The notes under the pieces are model-generated. The model did no database searches. It was not told where the DNA came from and worked only from the letters and a program-made list of their open reading frames with translations. From Octopus sinensis (Eukaryota): a stretch of DNA of 64,000 nucleotides. The translations under genes were made by a program, and so were the position numbers. Numbering within the stretch: position 1 is the stretch's first letter; each line of letters begins with the position of its first letter. The stretch covers positions 45,198,001 to 45,262,000 of the forward strand of contig NC_042999.1 of the NCBI RefSeq assembly GCF_006345805.1, in the 5' to 3' direction. Shown here one piece after another: positions 40,964 to 55,591 of this stretch.

Positions 40964-41569
40964 ATGTGTGTATATATATGTGTATATATCTATATCTATA
41001 TCTATGTATATCTATATCTATATATATATAATAATATAAATAATATATAAATATATGCATATATACATACATATATGTACATACCTACAAATATATGTAT
41101 ATATACATGCATATATGGATACAGGGCATCAAAAAAACGTTGAGCACAATGAGAAACAAAAACATAAAAACAAAAACATAGAAACGAACTTTTTTTCAAA
41201 CAACAAAAAAAAACAGAGAAATAAGATATACAACATAAAGAATATTCCCCTTCTTCAGTTGTCCCTGTATCAACTACTCCACGTTTCGAAGGTAGGGATT
41301 AGACATGACTTTGTTGAAACAGTCCTTCCTGCAAAGCCAAATTAAATAAAATTTGGGATTTTTTGCAGAGGGTGAAATTGGCAACAAGAACAGGACAGTA
41401 AGAACAAAACAGTAAAAACAAATGATGAGGGCTGATAAGCCAAGATGATGGAGAGAGAGATATACATACATGCACATACATACATGTATATACATATACA
41501 CACACACACATACACACACACACACACACACAATAATATATATATATATTATATATATACATGTATATA

Positions 41570-42438
41570 GAGGGTGCAGTGAATATATTGTCATCTAAAT
41601 TACGCAAAAATGAAGATAATACTGACATCTCATTTTAACAGATATGTTTACCCAAATTAAATAAAATCTTGGAATATTAAAGAGTAAATTTATTCAATAA
41701 AATCGCCATTGGTTTCAACCACGACCTCCAGACGACTTTGGAATCTCCTACAACTCTTCTGGGCAGTCTCCTTGTTTAACTAGGTGAATGCTGCCATAAT
41801 CCTTGCCTTCAGTTCATCTTTGGTGTTACAAGGAGTTTTGTTGGTCTCTCACTCAACTGCATCCTATACATAATAATCAAGGGGGATTGCAGTCTGGGGA
41901 GTTAGGTGGCCAGATGCTAGGTGTGATGTGGTCACAGAAATTGCCTGACAGCCATGACTGGGTTCTCCTCCTTGTGGTATGGTGCAGAATCCTGTTGCCA
42001 GACATAGGGTCTTCCAGCAGCCACCCTCTTGAACCAAGGCAAACTACCTCCTCCAGACACCTGATATAGGCCTCTGTGTTGAGTGTGAGGCCGTGTGGGA
42101 AGATGAATGGAGGCCTAACGTCACCATCATTAGTGATCACTCCAAACACCATGACCGTGATTGAATGCTTGATTTTTATCACTCTCAGTACATGTCCTCA
42201 GATTGACACCCAAACACTCTGAAATGTTCGTAATGGAGCTTCTGGTGTGAATGCCAAGCAGTGCAGCATGTCATTTCCAAATTTCTGGCTGAATGAATCG
42301 TGTCATGATGCTGTTTTTCTCACAGATGGTGCCTACCTGACCCTACTATACTGTGTAGTTGACAAAATCAAAAACAAACAATGCGCATGTGGGAAATTAA
42401 GAATATAAAACGGCGACAATTTACCCATTGCACCTGTG
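41570..42438 (-). mobile_element. Tc1/mariner (maT/DD37D-like) remnant
   Basis: VMVFGVITNDGDVRPPFIFPHGL..WPPNSPDCNP; imperfect TIRs GGTGCAGTGAATATATTGTC / GACAATTTACCCATTGCACC. Confidence 0.75.
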
Positions 42439-45400
42439 TATACATACACACACCAAGCCACACACACACATACACATACATACATTGATGATGATGAAGA
42501 TGATGATGATGATGATGATATGTTTGCACAAATTCACTTCTTTTAAACCCCATTGGGGTTTTCTTCACACCTTTTCATTTTCTATGTCTAACATTGATCA
42601 GATACCATATTCCAAAAGATTCCTCTTTAATCAAAGATTGCCATATAGTTAAGTATATTAAATTCTTCATAGACATACATTTAAACCTTGTTATTTATAT
42701 TTTTTACCTCAAGAATAACTTCTGACATTTTATGTTTCTATCTTGAAGGTAAATACTTATAATTAAGCTACTTTTACAATTATAATTAAATTATATTATT
42801 ACATGTTTATTTTCCTACTTACAAGTCTGTTAATACCAGACAATTAGTAGAAGAAAACACATTATACATTAATTTCATACACACTTCTAATATTAAATCA
42901 GGTTCTTATAAATTCAATTTTTTTAATAATCCATAGCATTAAGCCAATTATTAGTTTCTTTCTAAAACTTATTAACATAATTCTAATATTAAATCAGGCT
43001 TCCAAACACATGCAATTTGATTATAACTTGGTTCTCTTAACAATACCGTATCATCAATTTTGTATGTGATTTCCATGTCTCCAGAATACTTCTGAGAGTA
43101 ATACAAGTCCTATTAATTTTTGAAACACTACTTTGGTTAAATAATTCTAATGGAATTTTAGTTCAATTTCAATTTATTTGATACTCTACTGCTAATTCAT
43201 ACACTCAACATAGTCTTTCATATTATTCCTTATTACTTCATTAAGTTCCTTTCTTATGGCTACCCTCTTAATCTGTCCAATTAGATATTTTACAAAAATA
43301 TCGATTTTTCATATCGTATTCACTTTCTTAGGTCATCCAATTAGATATTTCATACAATATTGGCTTTTCTTATCATATTCTTCCTCACCATAATTTAATT
43401 TTTATTATAAAACCTAATTATTTATAGAATTTACCTTTGTACACTTAATAACACATATATAAACAATAGTAATTAAGCAAAACCTTAATAAAAAAAAAAT
43501 ACATGATCACAGTATATACTTAATTCTCTTCGTTTAGATTTCTCAGACTTAGACATAAATTTTTATACCATGACTCATATTCTTTCTTCTTTCTTTTTCT
43601 TTTCTTTTTTCTTGTTTCAGTCATTTTGACTGCGGCCATGCTGGAGCACCGCCTTTAATCGAGCAACTCGACCCCGGGACTTATTCTTTGTATGCCCAGT
43701 ACTTATTCTATCGGTCTCTTTTGCCGAACCGCTAAGTGGCGGGGACATAAACACACCAGTATCGGTTGTCAAGCAATGCTAGGGGGACAAACACAGACAC
43801 ACAAACACACACATACATATATATATACACACATATATACGACAGGCTTCTTTCAGTTTCCGTCTACCAAATCCACTCACAAGGCATTGGTTGGCCCGGG
43901 GCTATAGCAGAAGACACTTGCCCAAGATGCCACGCAGTGGGACTGAACCCAGAACCATGCGGTTGGTTAGCAAGCTACTTACCACACGGCCACTCCTAAA
44001 GCATACATTTTTCTGACCACATAGAAAAAAGCTTGTTGCTCTTCTTTTCTAGAGTCTACTTTTCTCTAGCAATGTATATTTCTGACAAGCATACTACAAA
44101 CTTACTTTACCTTTTTAACAATCTACATGTGTCTATCTGCCATAAATGCAATCAATCATAACTGTCTGTTTGTGATTCTACTACACCTTATAGGCATCCA
44201 CTCTACATTTCGAGGTCAGACATTACTGTAATGGTAACAAGTTCCTGTCTTTTCTCATGCTTACTAAAACTTTAGTCATTACTAAGTTTATACAGAAGTC
44301 TTTTAATTTTGGGTTTCACCTGCTGTTTGGAATTTCTTCTCTTAATCTTCTACAGATTCAATTAGAAGAACTGGGACATCAGTAATTAGGAGTTCCCACA
44401 GACAGCTAGTCTTAAATTCCTCTGTTATGGTCTGTAGGACTATAAAGAAAACTGGAGGCACCGAGGATTGAGTACTGATGAGGCACATACCTTCATGTTA
44501 AATTCATTGTTGAACTCACTGTTGACTTTTATCATACTCCCTGTGCTTCTGTAAATTGTTTGTGAAGCCCTCATTAATCATTCATCTACCTTTACTTTCT
44601 TTAGAAATCAACATATCACAAAGCATGAAATTCTGTTGAAGGCTTTTATCAGTGCTAGATATAGTGACTTATTTCTAGTTAGATTTTTTGTGTGTGTGTT
44701 TGTCTAACTCAGGCGATGGCATTGGTAGTACCTCTTTCTAAACAAACTCAAATGGCATTTTATTTAGATTCTTTTCCTAAATCAGTTGTACAGCAATTCT
44801 TTCTGTGTTTTTAATAATTTCATGCTTCTGTAATTATCTCTCTCAAGAGTATCTTCTTTGTCTTTGCAGCAATTGATAATGGAGAAACTATGCCAGTCAT
44901 TGAGTTTGATACCTTTGTATACTGCCTGACTGATCATGTGAGTAACTAGTCCATGCACTATCAACTAGACATTTTAATCATCTCATCAGCTATCCTTAAT
45001 GAACCAACTGCCTTCCCTTCCCTACGTATAGTTAATTACACTTGTTACCATATTACTATTAACCCTCTGTTGGGTATACCAAGAAAAGACTCTTTTTCTT
45101 CTGCGTTTTCCCCATTCAATGACCTTTCATAATAACTATTATGTCTTTTCTTTTTAGTGTCAATGAAAACAAGTCTTATAAGTCAATAAGACAAGATGAT
45201 GAGCTGGCAGAATTGTTAGCATTCCAGGCAAAAATATTAAGTGGTACTTTATTCATCTTTACATTCTGAGTTCAAATTCTGCCAAGGTTGACTTTACCCT
45301 TCATCCTTTCAGGGTTGACAAAATAACCACCAGATGAACACTAGGGTCGAGGTAATTGACTTAACTACTCCTGGGTATGAGGATAAAAACTGCATCCCTC

Positions 45401-47303
45401 TACCAATCCATGTTGAGCCAGTGTGGCAAAGTAGGCTCATCAAACCAGTATGATCTCAAGCTCAAGTTCATGGCCTCTACATTGGACCATGGTTGGGGAA
45501 GAGAACATGCTGAGGCCTTTGTCCTGCAATGGACTGAACATGAGCAATCCAATCCAAGAACAAGTCTGCTGTTATGCACCTTGCCTCTATTAATGATTTC
45601 ATTTTTTCTAATACATTTTCTTACGACTATAATACTTCATACCTCTAATCTTCATATAACAGAACATTTGCAAATCTCTTCTTAATTTTGGTTTCTCCCA
45701 AAATATAATATACCTGAAGTTTAACATTTTCTTCTTACTACTTAATATTACATTTTGAAATCTTCTTTCTTACGATCTTTCCAGATTTGTCCTTTTACAT
45801 TTACAGCTTTATCTTCAGTAATATTTCACCATTAAGTCTCTTTTGTTCGGTTTGACTTTGCACCAACCACAGATTTACTTTGTTGCATTCATTCAATAGA
45901 TTATCTTATAGAAATTCTGTCCTTGTCATACACATCAGTATTTCTTTGAACTTATGGTTGATTGATGACTCTTTCAGTTACTGCGGCTTCCTTCTTCAAA
46001 TTGTTGTTTTATGTCTGGTTTGCCTAGTGCTTACTTAGCTCTTACTATAAAGTCACTAAACTACTTCCCTGTGTTGGGTGATACATTCTTCCTCAGGCAA
46101 AGAAATAGCTGTCACAATCATATGTTTACCTTGTTACCTGATAAGTAATTAAGTATGTCTTCTATGTTTGTCTGATTGGTAGGTAATCAAGTGCTTGTCT
46201 AGTTTTCCAAAGATGGATAATCTGGTTAACCTCTGCCTTCTGTACCTGAAAGACAGATAGTTTGTGTGATCACTTAATGGTAATTGGAAGATTCTCACAT
46301 ATAATCAGATGTTTCTACCTTTAGCTGAGTTGTTATTATTTTCGACACTCCAAAAAACTACTACTAATAATCATTCTTATTACTATTATTGTCATTTAAT
46401 CTGATGGTCATTAGGTTTAACTGACTGATATATGTTGAGTGGTATGAGGATTAAACTTCATTTGATATAAAAAAAAATTGTTAGCATCAACATACATATT
46501 TGTACTTGTACAAGGTTGTAAGGTAAACCTTTGATAATTGTATGTATGAGGTGAAACTTTGATAATTGAGAGATATGACAGTAATATAATATATATGTTA
46601 AAGTGAAAGTAGAGAACATGTGAAGGTGAGTGCATAGAGATGGGATGTAATGGCAAATCCTATTAGGATTTGATCTGTCAAATTTTTTTATCTATTTACG
46701 TTGAATATCTGCTTCTTTCCACATTGTTCTTATTATCAAATCTGTATTTATGTTGGAGATAAGAAGCCTTCCTTGTTCAGCTCAACATTGCATGACCTCT
46801 GTTTCATAACTAATCTACATAATCCGTAACGTAAGCAGAGAGTGAATTTACCTCAACAGTTGGTGACCTTCTTCCAACCAGTACACACAGAGGACAGAAA
46901 TTCCTTTATCCCTGTTTCAAGCTGATCCGGAGCTAAAGATCTGTCTCTTCACAAGAGGCTCATTCCCTTCACCATTGTTGCTATAACAGCATGATACACA
47001 ATCAACACTTAGACATTTTCACCTTCTTCATCATACATGATTTCAATGATTTAGACGATGATTACTGCTATACTCAGAAACCTGCCTGTCATGGAAGTGC
47101 ACTTGCATTCTTTGAAATTCCAAGTACAAATATCTTCACAGCCCTATGTGCATATTAGCACATTGTGCACAAATATATACTCAAATTAGTAATGATTGAT
47201 ATTAATAATTATAAATGTTCATGCAATAAACATTTTCATATTTATATATACACACACACACATATAAGTATATATATATATATATATATACATACATACA
47301 TAT

Positions 47304-47374
<71 letters not shown>

Positions 47375-47399
47375 TGTATATATATATACATTTTTTTTT

Positions 47400-48530
47400 G
47401 TAGTTTCAGCTCAGAGCTGTGGCCATCTTGGGCACTGCTGTTTTACTACACTGTTATTATTGAGAGCCTCCTCTAATATGTAGCATTTAGTGAATAAGGG
47501 AGTTTGACGTTGCTACCCTCATTTGCACCTCTTGCCGCGAGGTAGGTTCATCTAGGACCCTCGACAGGTAGAGGTCCACTTTTGATTTGAAAAAACACCT
47601 ACATCCACTTTGTGTAGGTCCCTCAGGCTCTTTGGAAGAATATTAAAAAGTTGTGGAGCCCTGAAACCCAGGCTGTTGCAGTAACTGGTCCTAAAGTGTG
47701 ATGGCATTGCTGGGATCTTTGGTACTGTGAAGTGTTGACCCTTTCTGACATTGGTATAGCTTTCAATGCCAAAATGTGGCACAATTCCTTCCAGGATCTT
47801 TCAGATGTATATTACTGCATACCTCTCCTGCTTTCACTTCAGTGAGTAGAGTCTTAGTTGTCTCAGTCTTTCCAGTAGCTGAGTTGTTGCAACAAGACAA
47901 TCTTCTTTGTGAAGCTTTGCTGGATTGCTTCAAGGTCCACTGTTAATTTTACACTGTTGGGTGACCATAGCTGGGAACAGTAGTCCAGGTGGCTGAGGAC
48001 AAATGTCCTCCAGAGGACTATCATGGTTTCCTTCTCTCTGGTTCTGAATGTTCTCAGGATCCATCCAGCCAGTCATCTGCACTTTGTCACCATCCTGGTA
48101 ATGTTCACTTGGAAAGAAGTATCATCACTCATGTCGATATCAAGGTCCCTCACTGATTTAGGCTCTGGGATTGTAATCCCCTGAGGACCAGTGTACCATG
48201 TAAGTTTTGTATTCAGTTTTGGGTGCTAGTAGCACAGGGCTTGGAATTTTTCAGCATTAAATGGCATATTATTGTCCTCAGCCCATCAGTAAATTGAGTC
48301 CAACTCCTGCTGCAGGTGTCCAACATTGCTGGGGTTCTTTATTTTCTGCAGGACTTTTGTATCATTTGCATAGCTAGCAAGTGTGGCTATCCAGGCAGCT
48401 GAGAGCATATCTGAGAGGGCCACTATGAAAAGCAGTAGTCCTAAGACAGTGCCCTGTGGAACACTGCTCACTATTTGTATTTTGTTTGAGGTGGCTCCAT
48501 TGGCCACTACAGCTTGACTTCTATCTTTAA
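47400..48530 (-). mobile_element. CR1-clade LINE fragment (second family)
   Basis: SSVPQGTVLGLLLF..YANDTK (RT), followed by thumb region and 3'UTR ending ctgagctgaaacta. Confidence 0.82.
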
Positions 48531-49339
48531 ATAACTAAAAAAAAGATAGAGATGAACACGGATGTTCCAGGTGGCATGCTAGATAATTGTTAAGGGATTT
48601 CTCTTCAAACATGAAACCAATGGCAGTCACAACCCATGTGTATATATTGATGGTTGTTTTAATGTTCAGTTATAATAAAAATTCTACATTAATCTGAAGG
48701 GTTACTCTATCATATTGTAGAGTACAAGAATAGTATTGACAGGGACTCAGAAGTTTCAGCCAGCTAATCCATCATAATATTCTTTCATTCCTTTATTTGT
48801 TTCCATCACTAGACTGTGGCCATACTGGGGCACTGCTTTGAAGGGCTTTAGTTAACAAATCACCCCAGTGCTTATATTTTTAAGCCTGGCACTTATCCTA
48901 TCAATCTGTTACCAAACTACTAAGTTATGGATACATAATCAAACCAACATCAGATGTCAAGAGGTGGTGGTGTCAGAGTGGAAAACTAATACACACACAC
49001 ACATCTAGAATCACCTGACCAAACAAAGACATGGAAAGCAACCAAGCATAAACTTAGTTGGGCAGCTTACATTATGATAACATTCTGAGTTAAATTTGAA
49101 GAACTGCTGCACAAACAATCTGTGATAAATACCCACGAAAATTTAGTTCAGACAAATACCATATAACTTCAGGACTCTCTGTATTGCACTACTTTTGAAA
49201 ATCATTACAATTAGGAAACCGGTTAAGTAATTATAAATAAATTATCTTAAAATGCATTTTCAACTATACTTTTCTTTATATATATATATGTGTATATATA
49301 TATATATTATATATATATATATATATATATCTATATATT

Positions 49340-49778
49340 TACAGTGAGAAATTAACAGCGGACCTTGAAGCAATCCAGAGAAGATTCACAAAGAAGATCG
49401 TCTCTTTGCAACAGCTCAGCTATTGGGAAAGGTTGAAACTGTTAAGACTCTACTCCCTAGAGAGAAGACGGGAAAGGTATGCAGTAATATATATCTGGAA
49501 GATCCTGGAAGGAATTGTGCCAAATTTTGGCATCGAAAGCTACACCAATGCCAGAACGGGATGACTCTGCATAGTGCCAAAGATCCCAGCAATGCCATCA
49601 TGCTTCAGGACCAGTTACTGCAACAACCTGGGTTTCAAGGACCGACAGCTTTTTAATATTTTCCCAAAGAGTCTGAGAAACTTGCACAAAGTAGAGGAGG
49701 CTCTTAGTAACAACAGTGTAGCAAAACGGCAGTGCATCAGTATGGTCGCAGCTCTGAGCTGAAACTAGATAAAAAAAA
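49340..49778 (+). mobile_element. CR1 3' fragment homologous to 47400-47950, in opposite orientation
   Basis: PKIPAMPSCFRTSYCNNLGF matches PKIPAMPSHFRTSYCNSLGF; same 3' end plus A tail. Confidence 0.8.
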
Positions 49779-49817
49779 ATACATACACATACATACATAC
49801 ATACATACATACATACA

Positions 49818-49851
<34 letters not shown>

Positions 49852-49975
49852 CAAACATACTACATACATATATATATAATGCCTTGACCTAAAGCTTGCA
49901 GTGAAATTGTCCTCATGCTAATACTCAAACAATCTGTAATAGCTGACAAAAGCCATTGATATATATTATACTACA

Positions 49976-50050
<75 letters not shown>

Positions 50051-50122
50051 ACACATATTCACACATGCATATACATACATACATATACATATATATATAT
50101 ATATATGTATATGTATGTATAT

Positions 50123-50184
<62 letters not shown>

Positions 50185-50594
50185 ATATGCATGTATGTAT
50201 GTATGTATGTATGTATGTAGTAGGTAATGACATTTTGGTATTAATAAATTCACAACTGTGCTTAACCTTAAATCTACTTTCCCAACTTCACATATTTAAT
50301 TTCCTTTAATTATTTGTGTTGTTATAAAATGCTTTACAGTCATATATTATGCATGTAGTGACTGTTCAGTAATCATTTCAGTGTTTATTAACGTGATTAT
50401 TATGGTGACTCATTGAATTGTCTAACTTTGCTAATAACAGTAGGCATTATAATATAGTGTGAAAAACTCTCTGGACCTTGTAGTTGCATCTTCTATGTGA
50501 AATTTCTATTGTAAAAATTTTGTTCCAACTTTTTAATGCAAAATATGGAGTGTAGCACCTACACACACACACACACGCATGCACACACACACAT

Positions 50595-50631
<37 letters not shown>

Positions 50632-50814
50632 ATGGGCTTTTTCAGTTTCCTTCTACCTAATCCACTCACAAGGATTTGGTTGACCCAAGGCTGTAGTAGA
50701 AGATACTTGCTCAAGGTGCCATGCAGTGGGACCAAACCCAGAACCATGTGGTTGGGAAGCAAGCTTCTTACCAACAGTCATGTCTGCACCTATGATATAT
50801 AAAGTTTTATATAT

Positions 50815-50892
<78 letters not shown>

Positions 50893-50935
50893 TATATATG
50901 TACATATATTTACATATATATTTACATACACACTC

Positions 50936-50973
<38 letters not shown>

Positions 50974-50975
<2 letters not shown>

Positions 50976-51413
50976 TATGAGCGTATTGTGAGTGCATTTG
51001 TGAAATAATAAAATTTAGCAAGTGTAGCCAAACATGTGAAATGAAGTAAGCAGGCAATGTACACAATGCCGCTCATGTTGAGTGTGTACATTTACTCACA
51101 GAGACAGTGATTATATATATCACCTGAGGAGATACAACTAGGTCCTATTATACAGATAAACCGTTACTTAATTTAAACTTAAATCCTGTATAAATATGGT
51201 TCTATGTTGTATTGAAACATGTGTAGTGGTCGTTAAATCGTACTCCCTCTTCCTTTTGACTCTATTTATTCTTTCCTTTTTATTTTTCACACACGAGGAA
51301 TGCCTAAGCCTAGAATTGGTAGTATACCATTATACTGCCGGCTATCTGGTAATTTTAAGGGTGAACGAGATCTATTTTGTACTTTAATATGTTAACAGAA
51401 TATACCTCAGCTA
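50974..51413 (+). mobile_element. Solo pLTR-like insert with hammerhead, in (TA)n
   Basis: Unique ~440-bp island between two TA tracts, containing a hammerhead at 51119-51230. Confidence 0.65.
51119..51230 (+). ncRNA. Type I hammerhead ribozyme with long stem II
   Basis: ATCAC-CTGAGGA-GATACAAC...GTTGTATT-GAA-ACATGTGT-A-GTGGT. Stem II is extended by tattatacag/ctgtataaata. GUA triplet. Confidence 0.82.
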
Positions 51414-51431
51414 CATATATATATATATATA

Positions 51432-51943
51432 CAACTGTTCAGAGATGTGCAATTAAGCGAATACCTTCCATCAAGCATCTGCCATACATTGAACGCCTTG
51501 CTTCCCTCGGCATAGATACATTGAAGCTCCAATGTCTGGCAACTGACTTAGTAAATGTCCACAAAATTATTAACCATCGTGCCAACAACCACCTTGAGCA
51601 CTTTTTTGAGTTCCATGTGTCTAACACACGTGGGCATGCCTACAAAGTCCCAAAATAGCACAGCTCCCATGATTTTCGGAAACATTTTTTCATACTCAGA
51701 GTTGCTGAAGCATAGAACAAACTATCTGCATCAGTTGTTAGCTACCGAGACATTGCATCCTTTAAAACTTGCATGCTTCCTGAAAATACACTACACCTGA
51801 TATCCCCGCTCTATGCACATGCACACACATATATCATGACTCATACGCTGTTCACTTGCCTAACATTTGACATAATTCTATATACAATACATGCACCTTT
51901 GATAAGTTGTAGTGCAGCTGAGCACGACACACAATAATTTCAT

Positions 51944-51945
<2 letters not shown>
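51432..51945 (+). mobile_element. CR1 3' end, same family as 24195-24838
   Basis: VQRCAIKRIPSIKHLPYIERL..NTRGHAYKV and a matching 3'UTR. Confidence 0.82.
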
Positions 51946-51977
<32 letters not shown>

Positions 51978-52341
51978 TCGTGCTGGTGGCACATAAAAAG
52001 CACCATCCATTCGTGGCCGTTGCCAGCGCCGCCCAGACTGGCCTCGTGCCGGTGGCATGTAAAAAGCACCATCCGTTCGTGGCCGTTGCCAGCCTCGCCT
52101 GGCCCCCATGCCGGTGGCACGTAAAAAGCACCATCCGTTCATGGCCGTTTGCCAGCTCTGTCTGGCACCTGTGCGGGTGGCACGTAAAAAGCACCCACTA
52201 CACTCACGGAGTGGTTGGCGTTAGGAAGGGCATCCAGCCATAGAAACACTGCCAGATCAGACTGGGCCTGATGCAGCCTTCTGGCTTCACAGACCCCAGT
52301 TGAACCGTCCAACACATGCTAGCATGGAAAGCGGATGCTAA

Positions 52342-52403
<62 letters not shown>

Positions 52404-53028
52404 CAAAATGGGTCAAGAATGCAAAACATCCGGACAACTAGGTGATACAAAAAGGGACAACAAAACATCCAGATAGATGATACAAAGAAAACAAGGACGG
52501 GTCATTCAAAGTTTTCTATCTTCAGTCAAGAACCAGATTATCCTCGGAATCTCGGCTGATTTTTCTTGAGATTGCACCAATCTGGCCAGCCCCAAGGAAA
52601 AACTAAGCTAAGAGCATTAGATTCCTCAGAAGAAAGTAGCGAATGTATACAAAAACAAAGACGGAAAAAAACGGATATTGTTACACAAATATAATCACAA
52701 TAAAAAAATACAATAAGAATAATAACAGGACATAACAATATATATGATGTTATATATATACACAGCTGTTAGTTACAATGCCCTTGCATTGTTGTAGCTT
52801 TTGAATGATTCGAATGATGCCACTCTACTGGTTAGGTTGGCAAGCCAACATTTCCGGTGAACAGTAAACCAGTCCATCGCAGGATTACCTATTTACAGGT
52901 GAGCGGATCAATATGAAATGAAGTGTTTGTTTTTAGGGTGCAATGTACTGCCAGTCTGGGAATTGAAACCATGATCTTGCTGTCGTAAGTGCTATACACT
53001 AACCATTAAGCCATACACCTACTATAAT

Positions 53029-53338
53029 TATAAATCTCTGAGCGAGGAATAAACAGTAGCTGCACGACATCATGAAGTATATTCGCCACTTAAATGTGGC
53101 TAACCCCTAAGGGTGGATGCTATTGTAGCTTGTAACCCCAGGAGGGCACCTCCTCCAGAAACTCAGGTCCATGTGTATCATGTCGGGTTGAAGATGGGAA
53201 GAATGGCTTCTCTTTGCAAATACTGATAGGGCACAGAAAGTGTGTCAATAGCCAGCCGGGGAGGTATCCTCCTGGGGCTACAAGCTACATTAGCATCCAC
53301 CCTTAAGGGTTAGCCATATTTAAGTGGTAAATATACTT
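53029..53338. mobile_element. 310-bp insert with ~85-bp inverted duplication, flanked by a 13-bp direct repeat
   Basis: CACCTACTATAAT at 53016-53028 and 53339-53351; 53073-53158 pairs with about 53256-53340. Confidence 0.75.
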
Positions 53339-53810
53339 CACCTACTATAATGTTATCTATAAATACACTTTAATTCAGAATTGTGCTTCAGTTTCTGGGG
53401 GGCCTTTGAAATAAAAACTCATTTATGTAACTTTTTATATAAGCTACATAAACCTTACTGTGTGTTGGTAGTTTGGTATGTACATAGAATAGCTACTATA
53501 TTAATAGAAATAAACTAACTGATTTATGACTTTACACATCAGTGGTATGTAATATTAATATTGTATTCCATGCATACCAATTGTACGGGAAACACACAAG
53601 TATGTACATACTAGAAACACAGACATGAGGAATAAGTGTCGGAAGCTTAACATTTGCAGTACAACAACAGAAAATTCTTCTTTCGTTTGTGAATTGGAAA
53701 TAAAAGAAAATGGAAAACATCAGCAAATGAAAGCTAAAAGAAATAAAATCCACTTTTAATAAATTTTTATAATTCAATAACGATGTTCTTAATGAAGTAT
53801 GTCAGTAATC

Positions 53811-54158
53811 TTTCTTTCTCCCGCTCTCTCTCTCTTTCTCCCTCTCTCTGTCTGTCTCCCTCTCTCTCTCTCTCTCTCTGTCTCCTTCTCTCTCTCTCTC
53901 TTTCTCTCTCTCTTTTCACTCTCTCTCTCTTTCCCTTTCTCTCTCTTTTTCTCCCTTTCTCTCTCTCTTTCTCCCTTTCTCTCTCTTTTTCTCCCTTTCT
54001 CTCTCTTTTTCTCCCTTTCTCTCTCTCTCTTTCTCCCTTTCTCTCTCTTTTTCTCCCTTTCTCTCTCTCTTTCTCCCTCTCTCTGTCTTTCTCCCTCTCT
54101 CTGTCTGTTTCCCTCTTTCTCTTTTTCCCCTCTCTCTTTCTCCCTCTCTTTCTCTCTC
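53811..54158. repeat. Polypyrimidine (CT) tract with ~20-bp sub-periodicity
   Basis: Repeated tttctccctttctctctc units. Confidence 0.9.
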
Positions 54159-55019
54159 ATATATACATACACACATACATGCACACATTTACATATTTTG
54201 TCTTTTTCTACAAACATTATAGGTTCAGGCATTGCTGTGTGGTAAGAAGCTTGCTTCCCAATCACATGGTTTTGGGTTCAGCCTCACTGCATACTACCTT
54301 GGGCAAATGTCTTCTTTTATAGCCTTGGGCCAACCAATGCCTTGTGAGTGGATTTTGTTGATGGAAACTGAAAGAAGCCTGCCATATATATATATATATA
54401 TGCTTCTGTGTACATGTCTTTGTGTCTGTGTTTGTCCTCCCCATCACTGTTTGGCAACCAGTGTTGGTGTGTTTTTGTCCATGGTTCAGCGAAAGAGGGC
54501 CGTAGGATAAGTACTAGTCTTAAAAAAGGTAAGTCCTGGGGTTGATTTGTTTGATTATACAAACACACATATATGATGGTTGTCTACTTATGCAGAGTCT
54601 GACCACCTCTTGTACTTACACCTTAGACTTATCATGGCATCTGATGTGGCTTTTTAAACCCGCATAGATTGCATATTTTATTTGGGACCACCAAGAGCTG
54701 CAGTTAATGAAAGTGTCTTATGATATATAGGCAGAGTAGTTGGTGGAGGTTCGTTTTCATGGGTTCGCAAATGATGCCTTGCAAACAACTTGCACATGCA
54801 AGTGCTATCAGTCAAAAGCTCCGTATGCCGGAAGCCAGCAAGTGTATGGGGTCATCAGGAGAGAATGCGTTCCATTTCGGGGCCTACCTCTCGATGGCAT
54901 CAATGCGCACCGCCCCCCCCCCCCCTCACTGATATGAGGCCCCGCTTGCTAGATCAGCTGGTTAAGTTAAGCTCAATATCCTTTTAGCCATCGCTCATCG
55001 TCTCTTTTTAACCAAATCC

Positions 55020-55235
55020 AGTGGCTAGCCTTCTCCAACAAAAGAAAGGCATGGTCTGTTACAAATTGTGCACACAAAAAGGTCAGTGAGATCCACCTTC
55101 TTGATTACAACATTCTTCTTTAAATCTCTCTTGAGTCTTGCATATGTCATCCTGGCCTCCTCAAAAGCTTTCACTCCACTCTGCACTTTTGTTCACCATC
55201 CAGCTCGATCCAGAGCAAGGAGTTTCTATGCCTTT
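55020..55235 (-). mobile_element. RTE LINE C-terminal fragment
   Basis: LALDRAGW*..GVKAFEEAR..FVCTICNRPCLS, resembling the terminal zinc finger of RTE ORFs. Confidence 0.6.
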
Positions 55236-55305
55236 TGGACTTATATATACGAGGATTGAGTAGACAAACAAAAGAAGAGCACTTAACACATTCATTGGGA
55301 GTTAC

Positions 55306-55464
55306 ATGTACGGGTCAAAACAGTTTGATTTAAACTCTTTGGTACTATGAGTTTCAAGCGAGTCGCTAGCCTGCAGCCATTAGTGTCCAATGGCTGAAGA
55401 CCAGCAATGCATTCGAAGCTCAGAGTACCAAGTAGTTTGAATCAAACTATTTTGATCCACATAT
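55306..55464. repeat. Imperfect palindrome of two inverted, decayed hammerheads
   Basis: Arms 55306-55381 / 55389-55464. The + arm reads TGG-CTGAAGA...GAAGCTCAGAGTA-CCA (55391-55430). The - arm reads TGG-CTGCAGG...GAAACTCATAGTA-CCA (55340-55379). Confidence 0.7.
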
Positions 55465-55503
55465 ATAGATACATATACATACATACATACATAGATGTAT
55501 GTA

Positions 55504-55590
<87 letters not shown>

Positions 55591-55591
<1 letters not shown>

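Noticed and set aside
41241-41300. Minus-strand GAAAC...GTA...CTGAAGA resembling a type II hammerhead
   Set aside because: Stem I is out of register by one base and stem II pairs poorly, so I could not build a canonical fold. A covariance-model search would settle it.
52501-52640. CTGAGGA and CTGAAGA motifs on the minus strand of a TA-flanked insert
   Set aside because: No correctly placed GAAA with compatible stems.
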